Of a stretch of DNA of 32,160 nucleotides, positions 1 through 9,235 are shown in pieces. Under the pieces are notes generated by a model. That model worked only from the letters and a program-made list of their open reading frames with translations. It had not been told where the DNA came from and ran no database searches. Positions within the stretch are counted from its first letter, which is position 1. The number at the start of each line of letters is the position of its first letter. Position numbers and translations under genes: made by a program. The DNA lies in assembly GCA_038842485.1 (NCBI GenBank), contig JAWBSP010000013.1:1-32160 (forward strand), given 5' to 3'. Origin of the DNA: Candidatus Hadarchaeales archaeon (lineage in GTDB: Archaea; Hadarchaeota; Hadarchaeia; Hadarchaeales; JAWBSP01).

Positions 1-995
1 TAAGATTTGCTGTCCACATCCAGTCCTCCGATCGTCAGCCTCACCGTGTGGCTCCCCCCCGCCGTTCCCGTGTTCTTCAGCCTGAAGATTATCAGCACGT
101 TGTCCCCAATCAGTAGCTCACCTTCAGGGCCGCTGGCGAAGGGCTTCACCTCCAGAAGTTCCGTCTCAAACTTGGCATGTCCGGTCACCTGAATGGTGGT
201 CGTTTCGCTTCCCAGCATCACGTTTACATCCAGGGCGGTGCCCTCCTCCGCCTCCCCCAACACGTCCGCCGTCAGGGTGTAGGAGAAACGAAGAACCTGA
301 TTCTCGCCCGGTCCCAGCCTGACCCTCTGACTTCCAACGCACTCCTCGAAACCGGACGGGCCCACGTACAGGAGCGCATCCTCATCCAGCACCTGCCCCC
401 CCTCGTTGGTGACCTCCGCAACGACTTCGAGCGTTGCCGTGGGAGAAACGTCTGGATCCAGGTTTACACTCTGTGGCGCCGCTGTGAGCCACTTGACCCT
501 GAACTTGGGGGCGGGAGGCGGAGAGACAGTAATGTTCTTAACATAGCCAGCCACAGATATTTTAACCGCCCCCGCCTTGGTTGGGGTGAAATCGATGAGG
601 AAGTTCTCCGACTGCTTGGGCGCGAGTCTGACGCGGCGCCGCTCTGGCTGCCGCCCCGGGACGTTTATCTCGATCCAGTCATCAAAAAGAGCATTGGTCG
701 TGTTTCTGACCGTCACCGTGATCTGATAGGTCCTGCCCACGTACACATTCTCCGGGGGGACGAGGGTTACCTGAAGTCCGGGAACGGGCTCGCTCCCGGT
801 TCCCCCTCCGATGAGCCCCAACTTCCAGGCCGCCACCCCTCCCCCGGCAGCTACCGCCGCGATTACGAGGGGAAGGAAGGTCTTGAACGCTGGGGCACGT
901 CTGGGGGGAGCTGGGACAGGTTTCTCCACCTTAACCCGCTCCATCTCCCTCGCCAGCTCGGAGAGCTTTTCCTTCAGTTCTTTTTCCTTGGGCAT
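1..995 (-). CDS. Membrane-anchored surface protein with tandem CARDB/Ig-like domains (runs off the window edge)
   Basis: Manual translation from ATG 995: MPKEKELKEKLSELAREMERVKVEKP..., one TM segment (FLPLVIAAVAAGGGVAAW), then repeats such as YQITVTVRNT..VRLAPKQS, VVAEVTNEGG..VRLGPGEN, IFRLKNTG. No stop before base 1, so it is absent from the ORF track. Confidence 0.8.
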   Translation of the reverse strand, partial: MPKEKELKEKLSELAREMERVKVEKPVPAPPRRAPAFKTFLPLVIAAVAAGGGVAAWKLGLIGGGTGSEPVPGLQVTLVPPENVYVGRTYQITVTVRNTTNALFDDWIEINVPGRQPERRRVRLAPKQSENFLIDFTPTKAGAVKISVAGYVKNITVSPPPAPKFRVKWLTAAPQSVNLDPDVSPTATLEVVAEVTNEGGQVLDEDALLYVGPSGFEECVGSQRVRLGPGENQVLRFSYTLTADVLGEAEEGTALDVNVMLGSETTTIQVTGHAKFETELLEVKPFASGPEGELLIGDNVLIIFRLKNTGTAGGSHTVRLTIGGLDVDSKS

Positions 996-1113
996 TTCTC
1001 AAATAACGTCGAAAACTTATTGTAAAAATCTTGCCAAGAATTGTTTGGATTCGCAAAAAATTGAAGAGTAACTGGCAAACCAAACGCCAGTAAAGTTTTC
1101 GGGAAATTTCGAA

Positions 1114-3768
1114 CTAGAGATAAAGGGCTCTCTCCTTCGCCCTCAGTGCGGCGTGAGCGGCGGCCACCCTCGCCACCGGAATCCGGAAGGGGGAGCAGGA
1201 AACGTAGTTCAGCCCCAGCTGGTGGCAGAGCTCGATGGAGGCCGGGTCCCCCCCATGCTCCCCGCATATCCCAACCTCGAGATCCGGGCGGGTGCGTCTT
1301 CCCAGCTCCACCGCCATCCGCATGAGCTTCCCAACCCCCGCCGCATCGAGGGTCTGGAAGGGGTTCGCCTCCAAGATTCCCTTCTCCAGATACTGGAAGA
1401 GGAAGGTGCGCTCCACATCGTCCCTAGAGTAGGCGAAGGTTGCCTGCGTTAGGTCGTTGGTCCCGAAGGAGAAGAACTCGGCATACCTCGCTATTTCGTC
1501 GGCGGTCAGGCAGGCTCTCGGCTGCTCCACCATCGTCCCGAACTTGTACTCAACCCTCACCCCCTCCGTCCTGAAGACCTCCTCCGCCACCTTCTCAACC
1601 AGCTCCCTCATCACCCTAAGCTCGTTGGCGTGCCCGACGTTGGGGATCATTATCTTGACCACCGGATGGTACCCCTCCTTCCTGAGCTCACAGGCCGCCG
1701 AGAGAATGGCCCTGACCTGCATGGAGTAAATCTCCGGCCTCAAGATCCCGAGCCTCACACCCCTCAGCCCGATCATGGGGTTGGCCTCCCTCATCGCCTC
1801 CACCCTCCTGAGCAGCCTCTCCTTTTCCTCGAGTTCCGCGGGGTTCCCTCCCCGCAACCTGAGCTCGAGCACCTCCCTTAGCAGGGTCTCGTAGGGGGGA
1901 AGGAACTCGTGAAGCGGGGGGTCAAGCAGCCTGATGATCACGGGGAGTCCGTCCATCACGCGGAGGATCTCCTTGAAATCCCCCTTCTGGATCTCGGCCA
2001 GCTTTGAGCAAATCTCCTCCCTCTCCTCCCTGCTCTCGGCTAGGATGAGCCGCTGAACCAGGGGCAGGCGCTCCCCCCTGAACATCCGCTCCGTCCTGCA
2101 GAGCCCGATTCCCTGGGCCCCGAATTCCCTAGCCTTCCTCGCATCCTCCGGGTAGTCCGCGTTCGCCCAGTTCTGAAGTTTCTTGACCTCGTCGCACCAG
2201 GAAAGGAGCTTTTGGAGCTCCCCGCCCAGCTTGGGCTCGACGAGCGGTGCCTCCCCGAGGATGACCTCCCCCTTCGTCCCGTCGATGGTTATCACCTCTC
2301 CCTCCCTCACCGTCACCCCTCCCGGTGCCCTGAAGTACCTCCTCTCCACATCTATCTCAAGTTCCTCGCATCCCACCACCGCCGGTTTGCCCAGTCCCCT
2401 GGCCACGACCGCCGCGTGGCAGGTGGCCCCACCCCTCGAGGTCAGAATTCCCTGCGAGGCAATCATCCCGCCCACATCGTCCGGGCTGGTCTCGGGCCTG
2501 ACTAGGATCACCTTCTCCTTCCGCTCCCCCAGCTCCTTGGCAAGCTTGGAGTCAAAAACAACCTTGCCCACCGCCGCCCCCGGACTGGCATTTATCCCCC
2601 TCGCGAGCACCGTGACCTTCGCGTTGGGATCCACCTGCGGGTGCAGGAGCTGCTCGACCTGCGAGGGCTCCACCCTGAGGATGGCCTCCTCCTTCGAGAT
2701 GAGCCCCTCCTCGCACATGTCCACGGCGATTTTGACCGCCGCGAGAGCCGTCCGCTTCCCCGCCCTGGTCTGGAGCATGTAGAGCTTCCCGCGCTCCACC
2801 GTGAACTCCATGTCCTGCATTTCGCGGTAATGGTGCTCCAGCTTCTCCGCCACCTCCACCAGTTGCTGGTAGAGGGCGGGGTGCTTCTCCCTTAGTTCGG
2901 AAATCTTGAGGGGGGTTCTGATCCCGGCTACCACGTCCTCCCCCTGAGCGTTGAACAGAAACTCCCCGTACAGCTCCCGGTCCCCGGTGGATGGGTTCCG
3001 GGTGAAAACCACTCCCGTTCCCGAGTCTGGACCCATGTTGCCGAAGACCATGGTCACCACGTTCACCGCCGTGCCCAGATCGTGCGGGATCTTGTAGAAG
3101 TTTCTGTACTCGACGGCGCGGGGGTTGTTCCAGGACCCGAAGACGGCCTTGATGGCCAGCTCCAGCTGGTGGAGGGGATCCTGGGGAAACTCCCCCTTCT
3201 CCCGCCTGATGAGCTCCTTGAATTCCTCCACGACCGCCCTCAGCTCGGCCGGACCCAGGTCGAGGTCGGACTTGGCCCCCACCTCCCTCTTCTTCCTCTC
3301 AAAAATTTCCTCGAACTTCTCCCCCTTGATCCCCAGCACAATCTTTCCAAACATCTGGAGGAAGCGCCGGTACGCGTCCCAAGCGAAGCGCTCGTTTCCC
3401 GTCAGACGCGCGAGTCCCTCCGCCACCTGGTCGTTCATCCCCAGGTTGAGCACGGTGTCCATCATTCCGGGCATGGAGTACTTCGAGCCCGACCTCACCG
3501 AAACCAGCAGGGGGTTGGAGGGATCCCCGAAGCGCTTGCCTGTTTTTTCCTCCAGTCTTCGCGTGGCCTCCCTAACCTCCTCCATCAGCCCGTCCGGAAG
3601 CTTCCCCTGCCGGTAGTACTCCCTGCACGCCTCGGTGGTTATGACGAAGCCTGGGGGCACGGGAAGACCGAGCTGGGTCATGGTGCACAGCCCGGCACCC
3701 TTTCCGCCCAGGAGATCCTTGTTGGTTCCGTCAGCCTCCTCGAAGAAGTAAACTCTCTTCAATCTCAA
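1114..3768 (-). CDS. ppdK: Pyruvate, phosphate dikinase
   Basis: 884 aa; LLGGKGAGL, VSVRSG..SMPGMMDT, GEDVVAG, phospho-His GGATCHAA, FSFGTNDL, ICGEHGG. Confidence 0.98.
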   Translation of the reverse strand: MRLKRVYFFEEADGTNKDLLGGKGAGLCTMTQLGLPVPPGFVITTEACREYYRQGKLPDGLMEEVREATRRLEEKTGKRFGDPSNPLLVSVRSGSKYSMPGMMDTVLNLGMNDQVAEGLARLTGNERFAWDAYRRFLQMFGKIVLGIKGEKFEEIFERKKREVGAKSDLDLGPAELRAVVEEFKELIRREKGEFPQDPLHQLELAIKAVFGSWNNPRAVEYRNFYKIPHDLGTAVNVVTMVFGNMGPDSGTGVVFTRNPSTGDRELYGEFLFNAQGEDVVAGIRTPLKISELREKHPALYQQLVEVAEKLEHHYREMQDMEFTVERGKLYMLQTRAGKRTALAAVKIAVDMCEEGLISKEEAILRVEPSQVEQLLHPQVDPNAKVTVLARGINASPGAAVGKVVFDSKLAKELGERKEKVILVRPETSPDDVGGMIASQGILTSRGGATCHAAVVARGLGKPAVVGCEELEIDVERRYFRAPGGVTVREGEVITIDGTKGEVILGEAPLVEPKLGGELQKLLSWCDEVKKLQNWANADYPEDARKAREFGAQGIGLCRTERMFRGERLPLVQRLILAESREEREEICSKLAEIQKGDFKEILRVMDGLPVIIRLLDPPLHEFLPPYETLLREVLELRLRGGNPAELEEKERLLRRVEAMREANPMIGLRGVRLGILRPEIYSMQVRAILSAACELRKEGYHPVVKIMIPNVGHANELRVMRELVEKVAEEVFRTEGVRVEYKFGTMVEQPRACLTADEIARYAEFFSFGTNDLTQATFAYSRDDVERTFLFQYLEKGILEANPFQTLDAAGVGKLMRMAVELGRRTRPDLEVGICGEHGGDPASIELCHQLGLNYVSCSPFRIPVARVAAAHAALRAKERALYL

Positions 3769-3825
3769 CTTCTTCTGCTCCTAAAAATAAGCTGGCTGGA
3801 ACGTTGCCAACTTGCCGGCATGCCT

Positions 3826-4008
3826 GTGTTACTATAGTAACACACGTTCGGCGGTTCGACATCATGCGGGGCTGGAGTGATGTTACTATAGTAACACCGA
3901 ACGTTGCGGACGCTTGAGCTCATAATTCAATAGCAACTCGCCGCGTGATGCGGTAAGCGGGAAGTGAGCGGTTGGATTTCAGAACGGCATGTGTTACTAT
4001 AGTAACAC
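3826..4008. repeat. Three copies of the 18-bp palindrome GTGTTACTATAGTAACAC
   Basis: Copies at 3826-3843 (perfect), 3880-3897 (G1A) and 3991-4008 (perfect); spacers 36 and 93 bp; between the trpS stop and the ppdK start. Confidence 0.97.
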
Positions 4009-4010
4009 AG

Positions 4011-5099
4011 CTAGTCCTTCGCGGCTTTTGCCAGCTCCAATGCCTTCGGGAGGAGGTTCTCCCTCCTGGTCTGAAGGGAGCCGAGGAAGCGACCGAGTAA
4101 ATCGATGGCCCGCCGCTTGCATTCGCCGCAGACCAGCTTTCCCGTCCTGCAGGACTCGGAGACTCTGGCCAGCTCGGCATCGTCCTCGATGAGGTGGTAG
4201 ACCATGAGCTCGAAAACCACGCACTGCTTGGGGTTGCCCCCAAGTTCGCGCTGTTCCTTCTCCGTCGGCTGTCCGCCCGTGAAAGCATCCCACACCTTCT
4301 TCCTGACCTCCTCCGCGGAATCCCCCAGCAGGATGGCGGTTTGGGGCTGGCTGCTCGACATCTTTCCCCCGGTGAGCCCCCTCATGAGCCTATGGTAGAT
4401 GGAGGAGGGAGGGACGAGGCCCGCCCTAGAGGCTAGATCTCTGGCGAGCCTGAGGTGCGGGTCCTGATCCACCCCAACCGGCACCACCGTGGGTCTAGGC
4501 CCCCCGAGCTCGGGCAGCTGCACGTGCAGAATGTCGGAGACATCAAGCAGGGGATAGAAGATGTGGGAAGCCTTGCTCTCCCCCGTGAAACCGTAAATGG
4601 CCCTCAGCTCGCTGAAGTTCACCATGGTACCGAGCGTGAGGGAGAGGTCCTTCACCCTCCTGCTCCTCGACTGGAAGTAGAGGTGACAGCGCTCGAGATC
4701 CAGACCCAAGGCGAGGTAGTTGGACAGGTATTCCTCAACCGCCACGCGCTCGGCCTCCTTCAGGGAGAGCCCGCGCATCACGTGAGCCTCCACGTCCGCC
4801 ACGCAAAGGAAGATCTCCGCCCCCCTCTCCTGGAACCACTTGAGCTCGTCTATCACCATCTTGTGTCCGAGATGCATGGGGCCGCTGGGCATGAGGCCGG
4901 TCATGACGGCGTAGGGGCTCCCTGACTTCATGGCCTCCAGTACTCTCCCGAAGTCCCTGTGTCCGAAGATGACGCCCCTCCTCATGAGGAGGTGGGGGTT
5001 TGGAATCTGCGGGAGGAGCTCGGGAAAGCTCTCGATTCCGAACTCCCGCATCAGCCTTTCGTAGTCGGCTGGCAGCTCACTCGCCCACGGGCTTATCAA
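4011..5099 (-). CDS. trpS: Tryptophan--tRNA ligase (archaeal type)
   Basis: PSGPMHLGH (HIGH), VPVGVDQDPH, KMSSS, AFTGG, CGECK. Confidence 0.96.
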   Translation of the reverse strand: MISPWASELPADYERLMREFGIESFPELLPQIPNPHLLMRRGVIFGHRDFGRVLEAMKSGSPYAVMTGLMPSGPMHLGHKMVIDELKWFQERGAEIFLCVADVEAHVMRGLSLKEAERVAVEEYLSNYLALGLDLERCHLYFQSRSRRVKDLSLTLGTMVNFSELRAIYGFTGESKASHIFYPLLDVSDILHVQLPELGGPRPTVVPVGVDQDPHLRLARDLASRAGLVPPSSIYHRLMRGLTGGKMSSSQPQTAILLGDSAEEVRKKVWDAFTGGQPTEKEQRELGGNPKQCVVFELMVYHLIEDDAELARVSESCRTGKLVCGECKRRAIDLLGRFLGSLQTRRENLLPKALELAKAAKD

Positions 5100-5608
5100 G
5101 GTTTCTCCCTCATGAGAGAGTAGTAGGTCACGTCTCCCTCATCGTCCACGACCCCAAAAAGCATCCCCTTCCTCACGCTCCTGGCGAGCCTAACCCCCCG
5201 CGCGAAGTCGGTTGGCGTGAGCTTGATCCACTCCGGAACGGCTTGAACGATGTACTTCGAGTGGGCCTCCCCGGGTTTCTCCCCGCGCTCGTAGACCCTG
5301 AAGTGAGCCCCAAACTTCAGCCCCGTTCGGACGATGTAGCCCCTCGAGCGGAGGTCGGAGTAAACGGCATACTTTAGGGAAAAGTCTGGATCCAGTTTGG
5401 TGAAATGGTCGATCAGCTCGATCGCCGAGAGCCTCCTCCCCTCCGCCTCCACCGCCAGCTTCCCCTTCTCCACCAGATACAGGGCCTCCACCGGGCAGAG
5501 CTGAAGGCCCCCCAGCGCGGGTTTCCCAAAAAAGCTCCTCTCCAGCTCCCCGGTCTCGCCAGTCACCATAACCCCGTGTTTGTGCAGGCGTCCCATCAGT
5601 TCCGCCAT
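5096..5608 (-). CDS. endA: tRNA-intron splicing endonuclease (short single-unit type)
   Basis: EALYL, VYSDLRSRGY, GLKFGAHFRVY, HS, RLARSVRK. ATG 5608 chosen; the track starts at 5611. Confidence 0.95.
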   Translation of the reverse strand: MAELMGRLHKHGVMVTGETGELERSFFGKPALGGLQLCPVEALYLVEKGKLAVEAEGRRLSAIELIDHFTKLDPDFSLKYAVYSDLRSRGYIVRTGLKFGAHFRVYERGEKPGEAHSKYIVQAVPEWIKLTPTDFARGVRLARSVRKGMLFGVVDDEGDVTYYSLMREKP

Positions 5609-5807
5609 CAAAACTGCTTGCTATGAATATGAAGTGTCGTGCCCGTCCCCCGCAATAAGTCGGACGGAAGATAGTAACCCGGAGACCTGATGCGAGTTCA
5701 TTTCTTTGCAGGTGACTTTTCCCGGCTTTCAAGAGGCTCGAATCCCCTCCTAACAGTTGGAAGCCCGCTTATCGGATCTACAAAGTTCACAACCCTACCT
5801 CTGAACC

Positions 5808-5948
5808 TTAGGAGGTTTTCATCTCTTGCGGAGAAACGCGCCTCGGCTTCCCCGTGTGCTCGGGATTCCAGCTCATGATCTCCTCAAGCCTCTTTTTGGC
5901 CCCTCCACCTTTCTCATTACCTCTCTCGTCAATAACCGCGATATATTT
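5808..5948 (-). pseudogene. Possible AbrB/MazE-type antitoxin remnant
   Basis: Startless frame KYIAVIDERG-NEKGGGAKKRLEEIMSWNPEHTGKPRRVSPQEMKTS*; the first 10 residues resemble the AbrB N-terminal motif but the rest of the domain is missing. Confidence 0.3.
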
Positions 5949-6018
5949 TGGGAATTTCCTGATTGCAGCGATAGAGTTGCTCTGGATTTGGTATGTCGTA
6001 GCATCTGGACATAGGGGG

Positions 6019-6093
6019 TGGGGTCGCTGGGATTTGAACCCAAGTCACCGGCTCCCGAAGCCGGCAGGATAGACCAGGCTACCCCACGACCCC
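6019..6093 (-). tRNA. tRNA-Pro(CGG)
   Basis: GGGGTCG acceptor stem, anticodon arm CCGGC-TT-CGG-GA-GCCGG, T-loop GGTTCAAATCC; CCA not encoded; no intron. Confidence 0.97.
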
Positions 6094-6096
6094 ATC

Positions 6097-7254
6097 CTAT
6101 TGTCCACCGCCTTCAATTTGCCTTCCGCTCCGCGATTCCATCAGCTTTTCCAGTTCGGGGATGAGCACCTCCACGGGGGCCTCCTCTATGCTCAGAAGGG
6201 TGAGCAGACCCTGACGCCTCTCCTGCTTGCTCCTGAGGAGACCCATCGCCCTCAGTCTTTCCAGGCACTCGCTGAACCGGTTGTAGCTCAGGGGCTTTTC
6301 CCCGTACTCCTCGCAAACCACCTGATACGTCCCATAAACCTCGGTGGAGGAGGCGTAGGCGGCGCGGGTGGACCGGAGCCTGCGCGCCAGCGCCAGCAGA
6401 GCAGTGGCTTCGTGGGGCCGCAGCTCGGCCAAGACGTGCCTCTTGAGCTCGGGATAGATGGAGGCCTTGGCTTCCCTGACGTGCTCCGGAAGGATTCTGG
6501 GCGCCATCCGCTGCTCCGCCAGACAGCCGGCCCTGTAAAGAACCTCCAAGGCGAACCTGGCGTCGCCCGTCCCGGAGGCCATGTCGGAAATGAGCCTCAG
6601 CACCTCCTCGTCCACTTTCCCGGGCTGAATCGCCTCCCCCGCCCTGAACACGAGGATGTCGAAGAGCTGCTCGCCCGAATAGCGGTCCAGTTCGATCAGG
6701 GTGTGCTGGAAGGTCGAACGGGTGGGAGCGTCAAGCCTGTTGAGGAAACCCCTGTCCCTGCATATTCCTATCAGGCCCAGTCTCCAGGCCGCTGGGTTCT
6801 GCTCCGGGTACCGGGTCAGCAGGTAGAGGAGATCCGGGCCCTCGACCTCCACCTGGTAGTCCAGCTCATCCAGGGTGAGGAGGAGCCTGCCCCCGTGTTT
6901 CTCCAGGTGGCTCACCAGCGTCCCGAGCATCTCCTCGACCGAGTACCCGCGGGAGGGAAAGGCGGGGAGGAGCTTCCTCACGGCCTCCAGCAGAATGAAG
7001 TAGGGAGAACGGGAAATCCTGCAATTCACGTGCACGTAGCTCACCCCCTTCCCCTCCATTTCCCTCCCGAAGAGGCGGGCCAGGGCGGTCTTACCCACCC
7101 CTACGCTCCCCAGCAGGAGGATCCGCTGGATGCACTGCCCCCGCAGGTAGCTCGAAAAGAACTTCCTGAGCTTTTCCAGTTCCTTCTCCCGGTGGGGCAG
7201 CCTGGGTGGCAGGTAGTCGGGGAGGAGCTTGGTGCGGTTCGAGAAAATTCCCAT
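6097..7254 (-). CDS. cdc6: Orc1/Cdc6 replication initiator
   Basis: IFSNRTKLLPDYLP..LPHRE, Walker A GSVGVGKT, HVNC, Walker B LTLDELD, GDAR, C-terminal winged helix. Start set to ATG 7254. Confidence 0.95.
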   Translation of the reverse strand: MGIFSNRTKLLPDYLPPRLPHREKELEKLRKFFSSYLRGQCIQRILLLGSVGVGKTALARLFGREMEGKGVSYVHVNCRISRSPYFILLEAVRKLLPAFPSRGYSVEEMLGTLVSHLEKHGGRLLLTLDELDYQVEVEGPDLLYLLTRYPEQNPAAWRLGLIGICRDRGFLNRLDAPTRSTFQHTLIELDRYSGEQLFDILVFRAGEAIQPGKVDEEVLRLISDMASGTGDARFALEVLYRAGCLAEQRMAPRILPEHVREAKASIYPELKRHVLAELRPHEATALLALARRLRSTRAAYASSTEVYGTYQVVCEEYGEKPLSYNRFSECLERLRAMGLLRSKQERRQGLLTLLSIEEAPVEVLIPELEKLMESRSGRQIEGGGQ

Positions 7255-7297
7255 CAGGTTCTCCGGCTGCGAGTTAAAGCATCCGAGCAAGGGAGAG

Positions 7298-7834
7298 ATG
7301 GTTCTGAGACTGGTGGGGGTGGGGGAGGTTCCGCGGGAGTGGCTGGAGAAGCTCAGGCTGGCCCTAAGGGAGGTGCTGAAACTCGAGTGCCTAACCGGCC
7401 CCTTCTTGGACCTCCCTCCCGCCTCCTACCGGGAAGAGCGGGGGCAGTACGATGCCGATCTGATTCTGAACAGGTTGCTGGCGAGGATACCGGGGAGGTT
7501 CCTAGCCGTCACCACGGTGGATCTCTTCACCTCCTCCTGCAACCTCAACTTCATCTTCGGACAGGCCCAGTGCCCCGGGAGAGGGGCTATAGTTTCATCC
7601 CACAGGCTCGACCCCTCCTTCTACGCCATGCCTGGAGGGGAGGAGCTTCTCCTGAGGCGGCTGGTGAAGGAGGCCGTGCACGAACTCGGACACACCTTCG
7701 GTCTCAGGCACTGCCCCAACCAGAGCTGCGCCATGAGTTTTTCCAACTCGGTCTTGGAGGTGGACAGAAAGAGGGAAAGGCTCTGCACCTCCTGTCTTTC
7801 AAAAATGGAGGCACTGAGAGCCACCCTCCTCTGA
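7298..7834 (+). CDS. amzA: Archaemetzincin (M54 zinc metalloprotease)
   Basis: KEAVHELGHTFGLRHC..CAMSFS..VD.K..LC..C. Start set to ATG 7298. Confidence 0.93.
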   Translation: MVLRLVGVGEVPREWLEKLRLALREVLKLECLTGPFLDLPPASYREERGQYDADLILNRLLARIPGRFLAVTTVDLFTSSCNLNFIFGQAQCPGRGAIVSSHRLDPSFYAMPGGEELLLRRLVKEAVHELGHTFGLRHCPNQSCAMSFSNSVLEVDRKRERLCTSCLSKMEALRATLL

Positions 7835-7870
7835 GCGGGTGTTCATAAAAACCCGAGGGGGAAGGTTTGG

Positions 7871-8947
7871 GTGAGAAAAAAGCGCGCGCCTTCGGCGGTC
7901 GAAGGAACCTCGGAGACGAGCAGGAGAAAGGAATCCCAGCTCAGGATTTGTCTGAGCGAGGACGTGGAGATGAAGGAGGTACCGGGGTTCGGGCAGCTGC
8001 ACTTCGTTAACCTAGCGCTGCCCGAGCTGAACCTCGCGGACGTGAAAACCGAAATCCGGTTCCTCGGGAAGGAGCTCTCCGCCCCCCTGATCATCTCGGC
8101 CATGACCGGGGGCCACCGGGAGGGGGAAAGGATCAACAGGAGGATGGCCAAAATCGCCCAGGAGTTCGGGATCGCCTTCTGCGTGGGGAGCATGCATGCG
8201 GCCCTCGAGAGGCCTGAACTCGCCCGCACCTATCAGGTGAGGGATGTTGCCCCGGATGTCCTTCTGCTTGCGAACCTGAGCGCCTCCCAGCTCACGGAGG
8301 GGAAGGAGGTGGAGGAGGCGAGGAGGGCGGTGGAGATGATAGGGGCGGATGGGCTCTCCCTCCACCTAAACCCCCTCCAAGAAGCCATCCAGCCCGAGGG
8401 GAAACCGGTGTACGCGGGTGTCCTTTCCAAGATCCAAAGGGTCTGCTCGGGACTGGGAGTTCCGGTGATGGTTAAGGAAACCGGATGCGGGATAAGCGGG
8501 GAAATCGGGGAGAGATTGGAAAAGGCAGGGGTGTCGGCCATCGATGTAGCCGGGGCAGGGGGGACCTCTTGGGCGGCGGTAGAGGCGCTCAGAGGGGGTA
8601 GGCTGGGGAGAACCTACCGGGACTGGGGGATCCCGACTCCCGTCTGCGTGGCGGAACTGGCTAGGCGGGTCAGGGTTCCCATCGTAGCCGGAGGGGGGAT
8701 CAGATCGGGACTGGATGCCGCCAAGGCCCTCGCGCTGGGGGCTCACGCGGTTGCGATGGCCCTTCCCCTGCTCAGGAGCGCCTGGAAGGGGGAGGAGAAC
8801 CTCAGAGAGTTCCTGCGAGGTTTTATAGATGAACTCAGGCTTGCCATGTTCCTCACGGGTTGCAGGCGTGTGGAGGATCTCCGGAAAACCCAGCTCATAC
8901 CGGTTGGGGAGCTTGCCGACTGGTTCCGGGCTAGAAGGCTGATGTAA
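7871..8947 (+). CDS. fni: Type 2 isopentenyl-diphosphate isomerase
   Basis: ISAMTGG, HLNPLQEAIQPEG, VKETGCG, DVAGAGGTSW, GGIRSG. Confidence 0.96.
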   Translation: MRKKRAPSAVEGTSETSRRKESQLRICLSEDVEMKEVPGFGQLHFVNLALPELNLADVKTEIRFLGKELSAPLIISAMTGGHREGERINRRMAKIAQEFGIAFCVGSMHAALERPELARTYQVRDVAPDVLLLANLSASQLTEGKEVEEARRAVEMIGADGLSLHLNPLQEAIQPEGKPVYAGVLSKIQRVCSGLGVPVMVKETGCGISGEIGERLEKAGVSAIDVAGAGGTSWAAVEALRGGRLGRTYRDWGIPTPVCVAELARRVRVPIVAGGGIRSGLDAAKALALGAHAVAMALPLLRSAWKGEENLREFLRGFIDELRLAMFLTGCRRVEDLRKTQLIPVGELADWFRARRLM

Positions 8948-8952
8948 AACCT

Positions 8953-9196
8953 GTGTTACTATAGTAACACACCTCCCAGCTTTCGCGGAGGCTTCTACTA
9001 CGAGGACTTCAACTTGCGCCGGGATGGGGAAACGTGTGTTACCATAGTAACACGCGACCGTTGCGCTGTTTCGCCTCGCTCGCGAACGGTTCGGCGACTC
9101 ACGGAGGTGACCTGTGTTACTATAGTAACACACAAAGTAGACGTAAACTCGGTCGACTTTGGAGAGGGGGAGGGGCGTGTGTTACTATAGTAACAC
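8953..9196. repeat. Array of four 18-bp palindromes
   Basis: Copies at 8953-8970, 9036-9053 (T8C), 9114-9131 and 9179-9196; spacers 65, 60 and 47 bp. Confidence 0.97.
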
Positions 9197-9235
9197 GCTC
9201 GCTACACAGACAAATATCCACTTTTCCATTTTCCG

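Noticed and set aside
177-1025. 282-aa plus-strand ORF
   Set aside because: Shadow of the minus-strand CARDB gene.
1071-1091. ACTGGC/GCCAGT hairpin after ppdK
   Set aside because: A 6-bp stem is too weak to call a terminator.
3922-3939. Degenerate palindrome copy ATAATTCAATAGCAACTC
   Set aside because: Only 11/18 matches; not counted.
5671-5678. Half-site ATAGTAAC upstream of endA
   Set aside because: An 8-bp match with no partner arm is compatible with chance.
6100-7848. 582-aa plus-strand ORF
   Set aside because: Antisense or out-of-frame shadow of cdc6 and amzA in GC-rich DNA; no motifs.
7919-7945. Fni N-terminal RKESQ where RKxxH is usual
   Set aside because: Single substitution with all other motifs intact; cannot infer altered function without an alignment.
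8953-9196. CRISPR array interpretation of the palindrome clusters
   Set aside because: The repeat is only 18 bp and fully palindromic, spacers range from 14 to 93 bp across clusters, many copies are solitary, and no leader or cas operon is present.
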